A stretch of DNA of 64,000 nucleotides from NCBI GenBank assembly GCA_043228905.1, contig JBHGNT010000003.1, positions 18,352,001 through 18,416,000 of the forward strand, given 5' to 3'. The notes beneath the pieces are model-generated. The model was not told the DNA's origin. It saw only the letters and a program-made list of their open reading frames with translations, and ran no database searches. The position numbers were made by a program, and so were the translations under genes. Positions 20,721 to 35,924 of this stretch are shown in pieces. Position 1 is the first letter of the stretch. Every line of letters starts with the position of its first letter. Source of the DNA: Azolla caroliniana. Taxonomy: Eukaryota; Plantae; Polypodiophyta.

Positions 20721-23700
20721 TCATGACACTATCCCCCTTCTTCGATGACACGTCTCATGGGTCGTAGGGTTTGTATTAGGACCTGGTTTACGAGGATATT
20801 GGCGATGAAATGCAGTGACCATATCCACAACATTGGAAAGATTTGTAGCAGGTTCCCAAGTTCGATCTTTGGGGGTGTAGCCTAGCCAATCGACCAAGTA
20901 ATACAACTTGTTGCGCACAATTTTAGAATCGAGAATGGCAGCAACCTCAAATTCGGGTCCATCCAAGAACTCAACAGGTGGTGGAGGTGTCGTAAGATGG
21001 CCCAGAATTGAACTTGCAGTATAAGGTTCCAAAAGGTATACATGAAACACCAGATGAAGACACATGTGTAGAGGGAGGCCAAGACGAAATGCAACATCAC
21101 TTATCTTACCAGTGATTATGTAAGGGCCAAAACGTTAGTAATCCAATTTACTACAAGGCCGAGTGGTCTTGATGTTGTGTTGGAGAAGCCATACATGATC
21201 CCCAACGCGGAACTTTTTTGAGGAGTCTAGGCAATGACGATCCGCAAGCCTCTTGTGTGTAACTTCAGCATCATGCAAATTGTGGAGAATGGTAGCGTGA
21301 ATTTCTTGGAGACGACTAAGACGATCCTCATCAGTAGGGTTGGTAGGAACGTGTGGATGTACATTCATCGTCCACCAAGGATGACAACCTGTATTTGCAA
21401 AAAATGGGGAATATCTTGTAGAAGAAGGGAATTCAGCCAAGTACAAAAAATCAACCCAATCATCTTGTTGATAGTTAATGAAACAACGAAGATATTGCTC
21501 CAAAGTTTGGTTGGTACGCTCAGTTTGGCCATTAGTCTCGGGACAATAGCCCAAAGAAAGCTTAACCGAAATGTGGAGAAGTTTGAACATGTGCTTCCAA
21601 AACTTTGAGATGAATTGTGGACCATGATCACTAATAATATCATCTGGCAGACCATGATGCCTAAATACCTCCCGCATAACGAGATCGACCACCTCTTGAC
21701 TAGTAATAGACTTCGTACATGGCAAGAAGTGTGCCATTTTGGTAAGTGAATCCACCACGGTGAGAATTACATCAAAACCTTTTGAAATGAGGAGATCAGT
21801 AATGAAATCCAAGGATATAGACTTCCAAGGATTTTCTGAAATGGGAAGTGGTTATAGTAAGCCATAGGATCGGTGTCGAGGAAGCTTTAATCGACAACAT
21901 ATATCACAGTTGCGAACATATTCCTCAACAAAATAACGAAGGTAGGGCCACCAATAGTGTCGAGAAATTAATTCTAGAGTATTGCGAACTCCAAAATGAC
22001 CAGCCATTGGGGAGTCATGGCAATGTCGTAAACCTTGTAGTCGTGGGGGACCATCAGGAATATACAATAGGTTTTGCTAAAACAGAAAACCACCATGCCA
22101 ATAGAACTGACGATAGTCATTGCGAGAGTTTTTCGGCTATGAGCAAGAAGCACGATCTGGGAAAATATGATCCAAAACATCCTTGGCGAATTCATCAGTG
22201 GCCATATGATCTCGAATGGAATCAAGAATAGCAGAATCTTCTAGCGTTGTTATGGAATTAACTACCATTAATCGTAGGAGATTAGGACCCAAAAGGATTT
22301 GTTTTTGATGCTCGAATGTAGGTTCCCATGGACGAAGTTCCATATAAGAGCGCTGAGAAACATCTGCTTTGCCTTGCTGCATCCTAGGGCGATATATGAT
22401 GACAAAGTCGAAGTGAGTCAAAAATTACACTCATCGGGCTTGTCGCCGACTCAAGACTCAAGCATTTTGAAAATATGTCAAGTTCTTATGATCATTGTAA
22501 ACAATGAACTGTTGAGAAGAACCTTCTAGAAAATGTCGCCATTGTTGAAAAGAATCCACAATTGCAAGAAGTTCTTTGTCATGGATCTCGTAGTTGATCT
22601 CTGCAACTTCAAACTTTTGGGAATGAAAGGCGATAGGGTGTAGTTGTCCATCATCTCCAGTCTGCAATAGGACATTCCCTAATGCAAAATTAGATGCATC
22701 GGCTTCAAGGATGAAGCGTTTTGTTGGGTCAACATGTGCTAAGATAGGTGTCGTTGTAAACGATCGTTTTAAGCTTTCGAATGCCTCGGCTGCATCTGAA
22801 CTCCATATAAATGGCTAATTTTTGTGTGTGAGTTGAGTGAGCGGAAGCACGACCTTAGAATAATCTTTAATAAATTTTCGATAAAAAATTTGCAAACTTG
22901 AGAAAACATTGCACATCGCGCACTAAAAGGGGTGTTTGCCACTCTAGAATTGCTTGTACCTTCATGGGGTCCATAGCAATACCATCTGATGATACAACAT
23001 ACCCCAAAAATTCCACTTGATTCTGGTCGAAACGACACTTTTCTAATTTTGCGTAGAGACCATATTGTTAGAGTCGACGCAATACCTGACGAACATGTTC
23101 ATCCTGCTCCTCTTGGGTCTTCAAGTAGATTAGAATATCATCTAGGTAAACTATAGTGAAGATATCGAGAAAATCTCAAAAAATATCATTCGCCATATGT
23201 TGGAAAACTGCACGTGCATTCGTGAGACCGAATGGCATCACAATATAGTCAAAATGTCCATAGTGAGTGTGAAAAGTAGTCTTCCACTCATCCCCCGGGC
23301 GAATCCGAACTAGATTATATGTACCACGAAGGTCTAACTTTGTGAAATATTTTGCTCCACTGAGACGTTCCAAAAGATTCAGGATTAACGGTAGAGCATA
23401 TCTATTCCGGATAGTCACTTTGTTTAGCCCTTGATAATCCACGACCAACCGAAGAGTCCCATTCTTTTTCTTGACAAAGAAGATAGGTGCGCCCGTAGGG
23501 GATCTAGAATGCCGAATGAATCTGTTTGCCAGATTCTCATCAATATATTCCCGCAAAGTCTCTAGCTCTACAGGGGACAGATTATAAATGGGGCCCCATG
23601 GAGGTTCTTTCCCTGGTTGTAAGTCAATAGGGCAGTCGTATGGCTGATGCTTCGGCAATGTATTGGCCTTCACCTTATCAAAGACATCTGAGAACTCTCT

Positions 23701-25684
23701 GTATTTCTCTGGTAGTTTAATTTTTGCTTCATGTAAAGTGGATGATGGAGTTGCTACTATTGCGAAGACGAACATGGCCTCGTTCCCCCCTTCCTCACGC
23801 AACTATCAAAGAGAGATGGTCGATAACTCAAGGGATCTAGTATCACATGTCGGAGAGAGGGATGTGGGGTTTGTGCTTTTTTCCCGAGTCTCCTCAATTG
23901 TTCTTTTCATCCAATCAATCTTCGGATTATGGAGTTCAAACTAAGGGAGACCTAGCACTATCGGGTGTTCCGGACTGCGAATAATGTTGAAAGAGATTAT
24001 TCTTGCCAAATCGCCAAGAACTATCCAAATTGGCTCGAACTCCTCGACTATATCTCCTATTGCTATGGGATGACCATCAATTACTCCTACGGCTACTGGG
24101 CTTGGGAGCTTATTCAAGAGGATGTTTTGTGACAAGGCATATTCACGATCCATGAAACAAGAGTTGGCTCCAGAATCTAGGAGGGCAGAGACTAGGACTC
24201 GATGACATGTAGATGTGGTAAGCTCGACTTGTGCAGAAAAAACTCGACTCACTTGATTTGATGAAATGGAACCACGACTAGGAACTAACTTTACATAGCT
24301 AGGATGGTCCAGCCAAATGGCTCCTATTTTGGCCGGACTTACTCATTTAACACATCCTCCTATTGGCTCAAGACATCAAATCTATTTTCATGGCATGGAC
24401 TATGAGGCTTACTTATGTTATTAGAAGTAACAATGGAACTCGAAGTACGGTTGTCATGGTATACTTGACATCTAGGTTTATGTGGACAATTTAAAACTAT
24501 ATGTCTTGGACTGCCACAATATAGGCATAGGCAATGCGTTCAACGGCGTTGCTTCTCAGCATCTGATAAAGGCCCACGACGTTGTGTCGACTCTATTTCC
24601 ATCGGAGTTGGGCCATCCCTTGTAATGGGTCGGGAAACTTGTGGAGGCATTGCGACTATGGAAGCGTAAGTCTGTTCTGGTTGGCGGCGTAACAATTGTT
24701 GACACTCAGAACGTCGCTCAAATAGGCGATTATCACATCGCACAACTCGACTAATGGCCTTTGTAAGCGACTTCGGATCTTCAAGGAAAGTAAGAAGAAG
24801 ATCTTTGACATCATTTCGCAAACCTTGACGGAATTGATCCATTAAGGTTGCCTCATCCCAAGGGATATCGCATGCCAAGAGACGAAAATCAGTTGCGTAA
24901 GCCAACGCGGGACAATCTCCTAGTTAGAGCCTTTGAATCTTGTTTATCGTTGTCCTAGTGTTGTCGGTGTCTCCGAAACTAGCTTGAAACTCCTTAAAAA
25001 GTGCCTCGAAATCCTCCAGCAACGGCAATTTCTTCTCGAGAAGTGGTGCGAACCATGCTAATGTCGTACCGCATAGCAAAGTTCCCACTAATCCCACACG
25101 AGCAACGTCGGTTGGATACTGATAGGGATGTAGTTGAATAACCAGACAAAATTGATTCAAAAAGCCTCGAAATAAAGACCTTGTACCATCAAACTTGGTG
25201 AGGAGGCTAATCTTTGGTTCTTTAGGGGAGTTTTGAACCCCTGACACTTGTTCTCGTAATGATAATATAGTTGCCTCGAGTTGGTGAACCCATTGTGATA
25301 ATTCTTCATATTGTTGAATTTTTTCGGCATTCACATATTGTAGGTCTCCAAGTAGCCACGAGCAACGTCAATTGGATACTAATTGGGATGTAGTTGAATA
25401 ACCAAACAAAATTGATTCAAAAAGCCTCGAAATAAAGACCTTGTACCATCAAACTTGGTGAGGAGGCTAATCTTTGGTTCTTTAGGGGAGTTTTGAACCC
25501 CTGACGGTTGTTCTCGTAATGATAATATAGTTGCCTCGAGTTGGTGAACCCGTTGTGATAATTCTTCATATTGTTGAATGTTTTTGGCATTCACATGTTG
25601 TAGGTCTCCAAGTAGCCTTTGATTTTCATGCTTTAATGCCACAAATTTATTCGTGAGCATGTCGAGCTTAGAAAGAACACGCAT
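20721..25684 (-). pseudogene. Disrupted chromovirus gag-pol with C-terminal chromodomain
   Basis: Chromodomain FEVAAILDSKIVRNKLYYLVDWLGY..DRTWEP; RT PIFFVKKKNGTLRLVVDY..KLDLRGTYNLVRI; RNase H NYEIHDKELLAIV. Multiple frameshifts. Confidence 0.92.
25096..25616. repeat. About 260-bp tandem duplication inside chromovirus gag
   Basis: 25141 ACCAGACAAAATTGATTCAAAAAG recurs at 25401. The duplicated peptide QVSGVQNSPKEPKISLLTKFDG appears in ORFs 24924-25334 and 25379-25684. Confidence 0.9.
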
Positions 25685-25798
25685 ATACTCCTATAAATGT
25701 TCACGGCTCCACAACTTACGAGGGGAGAGGAGAAGGAAGAAGACAACTTGTTAGGGTTTGTGGAAGAGGAAGAAATGAATAAAATTGGTTCAAACTAT

Positions 25799-25837
<39 letters not shown>

Positions 25838-27509
25838 GAAATATTGTATTGCAGAGTAAAATGGATTACAAGGAGTAGGCAATAGAGTGCTACAAAATGG
25901 TGTTAAACCAATTTAGGTTTGGGATGATTGATAGATCCCTATTTATAAGTAATAGAGAACACTCTAGAACATTCTAGGTCATCCTAGAATGTAGAGTAAT
26001 CTAGAAGGTTTCTAGAGTATTCTAGAAGGTTCTAGTGTATAGAACACTCTAGAATATTCTAGGTTATTCTAGAATGTTTAGTAATATAGAATATAACTAT
26101 GATATTAGATTATATATTCTAAAAACCATACATATAAGAATATTAATACAATGGTTGAGGATTTGACATGTGTACAACAAGGTTGTGGGTTCAAATCTTT
26201 TCGAGGCATGATGTGAGTGTCATCATGAGTCATGACACTATCCAAGATGCAAATTCGAGAGTACTTTCTTTAGACATATACCAGTGTTGCGCCGGTCCAT
26301 CTAGAAAACTTGTTGACAGCATGACCGATAGCTCTGGCTCTACATGACTTTGAACCAAGAATAACTCTGTTTCCCTTATCCATCTTGTGAGTGTTATGGA
26401 GTTCCTTTCTCCTACATATGTACGTGGTATGTACGTGGTTTGATTGGTTTGAATGTACCAAGAATGTTGGAGCAATCTCCGCCATTGCCTAATTCCATTC
26501 TTTGGATCAACTCTTCTAATCTCCCTTGTCCGCCTTCCACATGCCTTCTTCCTTGCGTTTCCATTGTGTTTACTCCTTATCTCTCCTCGTCTCTCAACCA
26601 TCTCTCCCTTACTTGCTTCTCCTCGTGATTCCTTAAGTCATCAATTTCTTTGATTTCTTGCTCTACTTTGTCTTGTACTGTATTGTTCAATGATGTCCCT
26701 ACCCCTTCATTCATCTCACTTAGGTTGAAACCCTTTCTCCTTCTCCTTTCTGCCATGAGTGTGAAATATCCACTTCTACCTGTGCTTCCTCCGTTGTGCA
26801 ACTCAACCCTATGGATCTTACTATGATCTGATACCAAGTGTAAGGTTGAGACACAAAAATTAAAGGAGATAAGCTACATTAATTTAGGAAATCCCCAAAC
26901 TAGTACTTATGGCATGATAAGTAATAGTTATTGAAAACAAGAGCACATTTCCACCTCCCAAAATGAGGTTTCCATTAATATGAGGTTTTATTAAATAACC
27001 TACCTAGGAATGAGGAATAGGGATCGCTTCATGAAGGAAATGATTCCTCTTCTTTTATATTTATATTAATGAACGGTTTCTTTATTTTATACCGTAGTAA
27101 CCGTATGGATCCTCTACACATTCTATGCTAAGAATTTTACAACTATTATCCATAAAGATACAACCATTTCAACTAGCACAAAACAATACAATGGAGCTTC
27201 CCTTCTAGTAGTTGCCAATTAACCATCTCAAAGTTTGTTATTACGAGAGTATTATGTGGTGCTAAAAAACTAACAAAAAATTAGCATGTTCCAATGTGGC
27301 TTCAATGTTGATTTTACCTCAGTAGATACCACCTTTTCCCCAAAAAACAAGTTATCTCTCTATAAGGTTGAATATCTACATATATATATATATTCAGAAA
27401 CAAAATCTTCTAGCTACTATATGATTCTCCAACTTCATTCAAGTCATAGTTTGTCAAAATTAGACCTTGCATGATTAAGCTATGGTTAAAAGAAACTTGA
27501 AGAAGAAGA

Positions 27510-27546
<37 letters not shown>

Positions 27547-27566
27547 AATAAATGTATTCTTTTTAG

Positions 27567-28011
<445 letters not shown>

Positions 28012-28242
28012 GGAAATAAATTTTGAGCGTTTCTGGTTTTTTAGTAAAATACCTTAATGTAAAATTAGTATTTAATTGAAGGTTAAGGTCCTTAAAATTT
28101 TAGAAATTAAAGTTGTATAGATCAATTGGTAATCAAGCATGCCATTTATGCAATTGCACAAGTTTGCTAATTGTTTAGAACCTCATGTTTTTTAGTTGTG
28201 TAACCAGTTATCGTCAACATTATAACTAGAAAGTGTGACTAC

Positions 28243-30172
28243 TTTTTTTTTTTTTTTTCCAAAAAAAACACTACTTCGCATTAGTTAGCAAACAAAATTA
28301 CATCATAGAACACCCAAAGTTCTTCTCACCATCCCTCACTCTGGCCTTCCCACCAAAGTGGACATAGTCCCCACCTCATTTTCAACAAACGTATCCAAAC
28401 AACTCCAATAACCTAATAATTTGTACCATATCTATACAGATTTACAGCACCTAGATGCTGTTGGAAACCGGAAACAGCCATCGGGGTGCTTGGTAGTTCC
28501 ATTGAGGCCCTGATGAGGATCTGCCCACCATAGGAGAATTACCCCATTTCAGCAAGAACTTTGATCGAGATCTTTCAGCTGCATCAGATTCCCCCTTGAT
28601 TGAGTCGTATCGTCCCCGCAGCCAAGATACCAACTCAAACCAGATATTTAATAATACCTCACCGCTAGGGATCTTTTGTTGTTGAAAAACAAATTTACAA
28701 CGGTTGGTCCAAATGTGCCAGACCGATAAACAAGACACCATCATCCATATCTCCTCAAAAAATTCTGTGTTAGTGCCATGTCGAACTCCAGCCCGTTGAA
28801 ACACCTTGCCATCCTGCACTATAAAACCATGTCCGTGGGGATTTAACTGTTCAGCCCAGCCTTCCCCTGTTAACTTCAGCCCTTGTACGGACCCCCATAC
28901 AACTCTCCCATTCACTCCGCATGCTGCCACTATCCTAAGACTTCTACCCCAAATGTTAATAGCCTCGCTGCAGTTCCAAAAACAATGAGGAATTGATTCC
29001 AAAGGGTGTCCACACCTTTTGCATCCAGCCTCACCACCATGACACCTAAGCCACTCCCCCACTGGCACCACTTTGTGGCTAAGAAGCCACAACCAAAGCT
29101 TTATTTTTTCTGGCATATCAAACGCCCATAGCCTCCTCCAAAACGACTTCAACCAGTCATCAGAAATGACTTTATCCTTCCAACTATTGCGAGTTAGGCC
29201 AGCACCCATCAATTTAGAGCCAATGATTTGCCTTCCTAGCTTGGTAGTGTACTCGAAAAACCGTTCAAGTTTGTCTGTACCCGGTTTCTGCCACCACACC
29301 TCTAGTGGATCCCAATCCAGATCACATATGGGCTTGTTGTCAACTATCCAGAGTTTACGATCAGATTCTAGCTTCCCTGGGTTCGGGTTTACTAGCCACT
29401 TCTTACCTTCCAACATTGCCACTCGCACTGCCAACCATTGGCCATTGTCTGCCAAAGCACTTAGGTTGCCCCACAAACGATACTCATTAGATGGGCACCT
29501 GCCTCGGATAATTTGCGCATCGCCCTCACCTACAAACCACCCAAACCAGACCCCCTCTTCTTCATTCAGCCTAGCTAGACCATCAACAGCCTTATCTATC
29601 AAGTGGGTAACCTTTTCCAGCCTGCCGGTAAATCTAGGACTTCCAACCAGACCCTCCCTTCTTCTCCTTTTGAACTCCTCCCAGTCTCTTACTGAACTAA
29701 CATTGTACCCTACCATTTTTCCCCATGGCAAGTATTTTTTCTGACCAAGCATCATACCATCATCACTTCGAATCCTGGGGTTCCAAAACAGAGGTTGACG
29801 GAGTTGTTCCTCCATTGTTTTTGGCTGCATTAAGACCAACCCCTCTCTTAAACTTGACCAGGCCCTCATTATGGTGCGGGTCACCCTATCCTCCATGCTA
29901 GTAGGTTCTTTTAACGTTAGGCCTGGACTGAACAACCACCATATCTTTGCCTTCCAAGGGCCGCCATTCCTCGGACTCCAGAGTTCAGCTCTGTCTCTAA
30001 GAAGCAATTTCCACAATTCTGGTCCAGGTTGGAGACTTCGCACCAAGAGCTTACCAAGTAAAGCCTTACTTTGGTGACCTGGATCCACCATCCCAAGTCC
30101 ACCTTGACTTTTTGCCTTGATCAAACAACTCCAGGCCACTTTAGCTGAAGCAGTCTCATGGTCTCTACCCTG
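28243..30172 (-). mobile_element. 5'-truncated L1-clade LINE
   Basis: Poly(A) tail seen as T16 at 28243-28258. ORF 28451-30193 matches the post-RT part of ORF2 at 56335-60681 (AKVAWS..GGLG..DP, zf-RVT CKRC..ESIPHCFWNC, WLFP). Confidence 0.9.
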
Positions 30173-31291
30173 TTGAAAGTTTGTATTAACCATATGTCAT
30201 TGTATTGCAAATGGGAAGTACAGAAAATCACAACATTATAATCTTATTTCAATTAGACCTCTTCTCCATGATTCAACAATATTTCATGGTCAAGATGTCC
30301 AAACCATATCTTCATGATCGAGATATCCACACTACACCAATTGTTACCCACAAAATTGCTCGTCAAACACATGGCTCATGAATTTGTAGGAATAATGTTT
30401 CATATGCATGTAAAAGGAGGAAAATAAGGTTGGGAATATAATGTTTAGGTTTGGTTGACTAACATGTTACTCCAATATAACCATTGGAATTGTTGAATAA
30501 TTTTATAAATCTTGTCAAGTGGTTTTTGACTAGTGAATTAAGGGCGTTTGTGTTTTTAATGTGTAATGGGTTAAATGTATTTTGATGTGCTCCTAATCAT
30601 CATAAAGAATTGTATTTTCATCAATGTGGGCAAGTTTAAAATCTTAGTAAATTCTTCAATTTTCACTCACTACTATGCTACCATCATACGCATTCATGTA
30701 TTTTCAATGTTAATTTACAAAATATAAAAATAATGGATCATGTAAATTTTTTGAAGCTCAAGATAAAATGGTTGCATGTGGAGTTGCATCACAAAAAATG
30801 ACATTTTGTTACATGAAAAATTATTCAACTCTATCGCAATGTTTTCCATTCCATGTAATGGCGTTATACTCCTTATTTGAGGTTTTCTTTTTATGGACAT
30901 GATCGGACAATCCTACACAATTATAAACTCATGGAAAGAAACATGTTATCACGATTAAGAAAACCAACGCCAACAATATTCGTCAAGATGTGATCTCAAA
31001 TGCCCACAAGCTAGAAAACTATGGCTTGACTTTAAATCTTGAGTTTTCCACAATTTGTTTTTTTTGTCCTATTGTCTGTACACAAGTGGGGTGTATATTA
31101 CGTATTCTAATAAGCTTAGCTTATAAGAATGCCAAGTAATTATTGTCCTTTGAAAAGTGTTGGCTCTCACACAACAAAGGCAGAGAAAGAAAGGCAAGTG
31201 CATGAAACAAAACTTCATGTGCAAGCTCTACTGAGTCAATCGACACATGTTTGAAACAATTATCTACACACACACACACACATATATATAT

Positions 31292-31330
<39 letters not shown>

Positions 31331-31959
31331 GCCACTTTATAACAATAAATGCAATCATTAGAAGTGAACAGTTGTCAAATTACAATGCTTGAAATCATTA
31401 GATATTCATTGTGTGAAAGGAAGATATAAGAGAAAGAATGGGAAAATGAAAGCCATGACTGAAAGAGACATAGACAATCGCAAGATCTTTTCATAGCATG
31501 ATTGAGATGTGACCTTCCTTTTTCAAGCCTTCCCTTTCACATCTTTAATTTGAGCATCTATTTTCTGTTGTACAATCACTCCCACCTCATTCTACATACA
31601 CATCAAATTAGACTAACGTATTGTGTTACAATATCTCTCACACACACATATACACACACACAAAAAAAGTCACCTTTTCAAACCATGAAGACTTTGTTCT
31701 CTTTTCTATGTTGGTAAAAGCTCAAAATTATATTAATTGTATGTAAAATCCAACTGTTACCATAGATTGACATATTCCGATTCGTGGGGGTTACCAAACG
31801 AATGCATACGAATACGCATACAAATGCATGAAAAAATATTCATAAAATAAATAAATAAATAATCATAAAGTCCCCACTTTTTAGTTTCTTAGATATATCA
31901 TTTCAAGTTATAACAAAGAGGACTTTGACAATAAAAAGGGGATATTTTACTTCACATTG

Positions 31960-34700
31960 AAAAAGTTGGTGCAGCCAGATTGCCTCCTTCTTCCAACCCG
32001 GCAATGTACCCGACCTCTGTGGTCGACAGGGTCATGCGCTCTTGCAATTTTGACGTCCATGATATGGTGCCACTGCCATAGGTAAATATATTGCCTAATG
32101 TCGACTTTTGATTATCCGGGTTGCCGGCTTAGTTGGAGTTTGTATAGCCTTTGACTTCGGTCGAATTGGCCGAATCGAAAGTCAACTATACATCTTATGT
32201 TCCTCGTAGATACCTAAAGATGTTCTTGATAGCCTCCCAATGCTTCCGTCCTGGGTTCGACATGTATCGGCTGACGACCCATACGGCATATGCAAGGTCG
32301 GGTCGGGCTGCCACCATTGCGTACATGATGCTTCCTACGGTCGATGCATATGGTATCTTTCCATTGAGCTCTCTCTCCTTGTTGGTCGAAGGAGAGTCCC
32401 TGTGTGTTAGTCGTGTTGATGTCTGGAGTGGAGTTGGTGCCGGCTTAGTGTTCTTCATGTTAAACCTTCTAAGCACCTTTCAGATATAGTCGAACTGGGA
32501 GAGCCAGAGAGTCTTCGTCATTTGATTTCGCTAGATCCTCACGATTAAGATATGTCAGGCTTGTCCGAGTTCCTTCATCGAAGGGTGATCATTTTGACTA
32601 TCAACGAGAAGATCTCGTCATAGTTGATGCCATGTTCCTGTTTGAAACCTTTAGCGACAAGCCGAGCTTTGTACTTGGGTCGGTCAAAACCTGACACATA
32701 CCTATATCAGTAGACCCATTTACAAGGTAACAACTTCCTATCAATTGGTAATTCAACCAACTCCCATGTCTAATTCTCTTTTATCGAGTCCATTTCGGAT
32801 CTCATGGCTTGCAGGCATGTCTCAGCATCTGGTGCGACCATAGCTTGTTTGTATGAGGTGGGTTTGCTTGCATCGGTTTAATGGATGTAGTCGAGACCCG
32901 ATTGATAAAAGTTGGTCAACCTTCTGACTCATCTAGATCTCTTGGGTGCTGAGATATTAGTTGGTTCAAGTCCATCGATCGGCTTAGTTAGTTGACCGGT
33001 ATTTCTTGAACCATCATTAAAAGTCATGTTCGATGATTCGCCCTTGTAGTAAGATTTCAGTGATGTAGAATCATCCTCCACCTCTTCGGGATTAATTAAC
33101 AGAGGGGTTGATGCTTGGGTTGGCTCAACTCAACCGTTTGGTACCTTAGCCAATTTGGGTGAGTTGGTCGATTCGACTCTGTTTGTTTTGACTTTGCCCT
33201 TTTTAGCTTTGCCTTGGTCAGACGATTCAGCTTTTTCTGATCACCATCCTTTGGCTTTATCGGTGCTTGCCGATTTTCCCTCTTTAGCCCTTGTGGCTAT
33301 CTTTGTTGATTTGTCCCTTGTCAATATCTTAGTCGAGTCCAATTCGACTAGTGGACCTCTTGCCGATTCAGAATCGACAAGGGGGTTATTGGCTCAGTCG
33401 ACTTCGACTGTTTGTTGAATCGCTGATTTAGCTTGGTTTATTGGCTCATTTTGATCCGATAAGTCGAATGAGACGCTTTGCCGATTTTCAGTTGGGTCCA
33501 TCGGAAGAGTATCGAGTCTTCATTGAGGACAATATCGCTACTTTGGATTAATTTCCAGTTCTCCAGATCCCATAGCCAATTGTCGAAGTCCCCACAATTC
33601 CATAATTGAGACATATGCATTTAAGTGCATGGGGTGCCAACTTGGTCCTTTTGTCCCTGGGTATAAAGACATAGGTTTCACTTCCGAAAATTCCAAGCCT
33701 CTTGTAGGTCGACGTTTTGTTGAACCATAGTGCCTATGGTACTTCGAGTCGCACTGCTCTCAATGTCGATAGATTTATCAAGTAGAGGGTCATTTACAGT
33801 GCCTCGGCCTAGAATTCCAGCTTCAGTCCAAAATGTTGGAGCATTGCCATCACTCTCTCTTGAATTGTCTAGTTCATGCGTTCCGCCACGTCGTTCTGCA
33901 GGGGAGGGTATGGAACAGTTCTCTGATGTTGGATTCCTTTTTCGGACAGGTACTATTTGAATGCTCGAGACATGTACTCTTCTTTGTTATTGGATCGGAG
34001 TATCTTCACTCTGTATCCTGATCGGTTCTCCACTTCGGCTAGCCACCGAGTGAAGACCTTGTGTGCCTCTTCTTTCGACTTAATTGAATAAACCCAAATT
34101 TTCCAATTACAATCATCCACAATTGTGACGAAGTATTGGGAGCTGCCTAAAGACTATTCAGGAATCAACCCATAGATATCAGTGTGTACAAGCTCTACAA
34201 GTGTTGTATCGTCTCATAATGGAGACAATGCGGACTTTGGGTCTGTTTCCCATAACGAGAATGCTCATAGAAGTCCGTCTTTGCTTGGAGTTTCAGGATG
34301 CAGTCGTTTGCCATTTACCGGTCCAGTCCAGCTTGAGACATATGGCCTACTCGACCATGCCATAAGTTCGATTCGGATGAATCCACTATGTTCATGGCCC
34401 CTTCTAGACTGATCTCCATCAGCAAGTACAAGTTGTTGTACTTGTATCTGACTTAGAGTCAACCGATACCTAGCTTCGACAAGCATCCGATGGAGACCAG
34501 ACTCCTCTTTAGCTCAAGTATGTGCCAGACTCTGTGTAGGGTGTTTCAATTGTTGTTCGGCAATTGAGTGGGGACCTCTCTGATCCCTGTGATTACGCAC
34601 TCATGCCCGTTGCTGAGTTAGACTGTGCTCCAACCAAATAGTTTGCAAACCATTCAATGTGAAAAGTGGCATCGGAGTCCAACAACCATCTTCGTGCGAC
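31960..34700 (-). pseudogene. Highly degenerate Copia pol remnant
   Basis: [56 protein letters not shown] and WLLDSDATFH on the minus strand. No LTRs found. Confidence 0.8.
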
Positions 34701-35125
34701 ATGCACACTATATAGAACTTCTCTGATTGTAGATTCCTTTAGAGAAAGGACTTTTTCTTAGTGGAAGTGGAAGGATCGTGCATTCCACTTGTTGATTCTT
34801 CTTCAAAATATCCAAATATACCCTCTCTACAAAATTTGGATGCACTAGTATCACATGTTCCGCAATTTGATTAGAATTTGCAAATATAAAAATACATGAT
34901 AGGTCTCCGAGTGGAGAACATTAGAAATTCAACTAAGTTTGGATGTGCTGATAAGTTAATGTCATTATAATAAAGTTCAATAATGGCTGAATATCTCACT
35001 ATTGTGCGACATGTCAAACACTCAGTTAAAGACTTTTATTTTTTTGGTAAGTTTTGCAAAAATATGAAGTGTACATGTAACCAAACTAATAAAATGAGTT
35101 ATAATTTATACTTTGACCCACACTT

Positions 35126-35400
35126 GTATGTATATAATTGTGGAGAATGTAGGATAGTGAACTTTAGGATAATGTGATTGGAATAACAAACATAGTAAGG
35201 TATTTAATACTTGTATTTATAGTTGATCTAATCTATTCCTTAGTTTACTCGCATGGGATAAAACCGTATGTATATAATTGTGGATAATGTAAGACAATGA
35301 ACTTTAGGATAATGTGATGGAAAAAACAAACCAACTAAGCTTGACAATACTTGTATTTAAAATTGATCTAGTCTATTCCTTAGGTGATTCGCATGGAATC
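35126..35400. repeat. Two-copy 140-bp tandem duplication downstream of ParB-MTase copy 2
   Basis: GTATGTATATAATTGTGGA..ACTTTAGGATAATGTGAT..TTGATCTA.TCTATTCCTTAG..TCGCATGG occurs at 35126 and 35266. Confidence 0.85.
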
Positions 35401-35924
35401 AGACTCTGAACAAACACACTAGTGGACTACAAGCGTATAAAAACATGCGGATATTGCTGAGAGTTGTGCTCCAAGGTCGTGCAACTAATGGGACAACGTG
35501 GCATCGACCATTATCAACACACTACACAATGTCAGTAGCAATAGAAGAGAAATATAATAGTTTTAGCAATAGAAGATAAAGATCCATAATATATGGACTG
35601 GTATATATTAGACACGGAATGACAGTCTTGACAATTGATCGCAAATAATAACATGGACAATCATGGCGACAATGCTTCGAGAATGTTATGTGTAGGTAAA
35701 GTTTGACCACAATCAGCCTTAATGTAAACTAATTCATGTTTCTCCATATTGGTAGTCAACAATACACGCAGTGAAACCAATGTCATAAGTCAACAAACCA
35801 AGTATATGGAAATAAATTTGAAACATATAGAAGACTATAAAGAATGGAGTACGCAAAGTAGAACCCAAAATTTGTATTAGTAATGTGAATTCAAAACATT
35901 ACATTTCGTCAACAAAAGAGTCTA

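Larger units (their letters stand above)
20275..26237 (-). mobile_element. Ty3/Gypsy chromovirus (Tcn1/Tf1-like), degenerate
   Basis: LTRs at 25796-26237 (5') and 20275-20728 (3'). TSD CTATC at 20270-20274 and 26238-26242. PPT GAAGGGGGATAG at 20729-20740. Domain order gag, protease (LLDSGA), RT, RNase H, integrase (MDFITDL), chromodomain. Confidence 0.93.
19906..27118 (-). mobile_element. Older Ty3/Gypsy element: 5' LTR about 26839-27118, PBS 26827-26836, gag split by the chromovirus and cut by Copia 2
   Basis: PBS TGGTATCAGA on the minus strand; gag starts at ATG 26756. Removing 20275-26237 plus one TSD restores ...FASWIEFKRELQRYFIPQNE... (Retrotrans_gag-like). The outer LTR end is uncertain. 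Confidence 0.7.

Noticed and set aside
28229-30190. TSD for the truncated LINE (GAAAGTGTG vs GAAAGTTTG)
   Set aside because: The match is too short and imperfect to call.
30195-31030. Possible decayed exons downstream of the truncated LINE
   Set aside because: Some coding-like texture, but stops in the frames I read and no family I can recognise.
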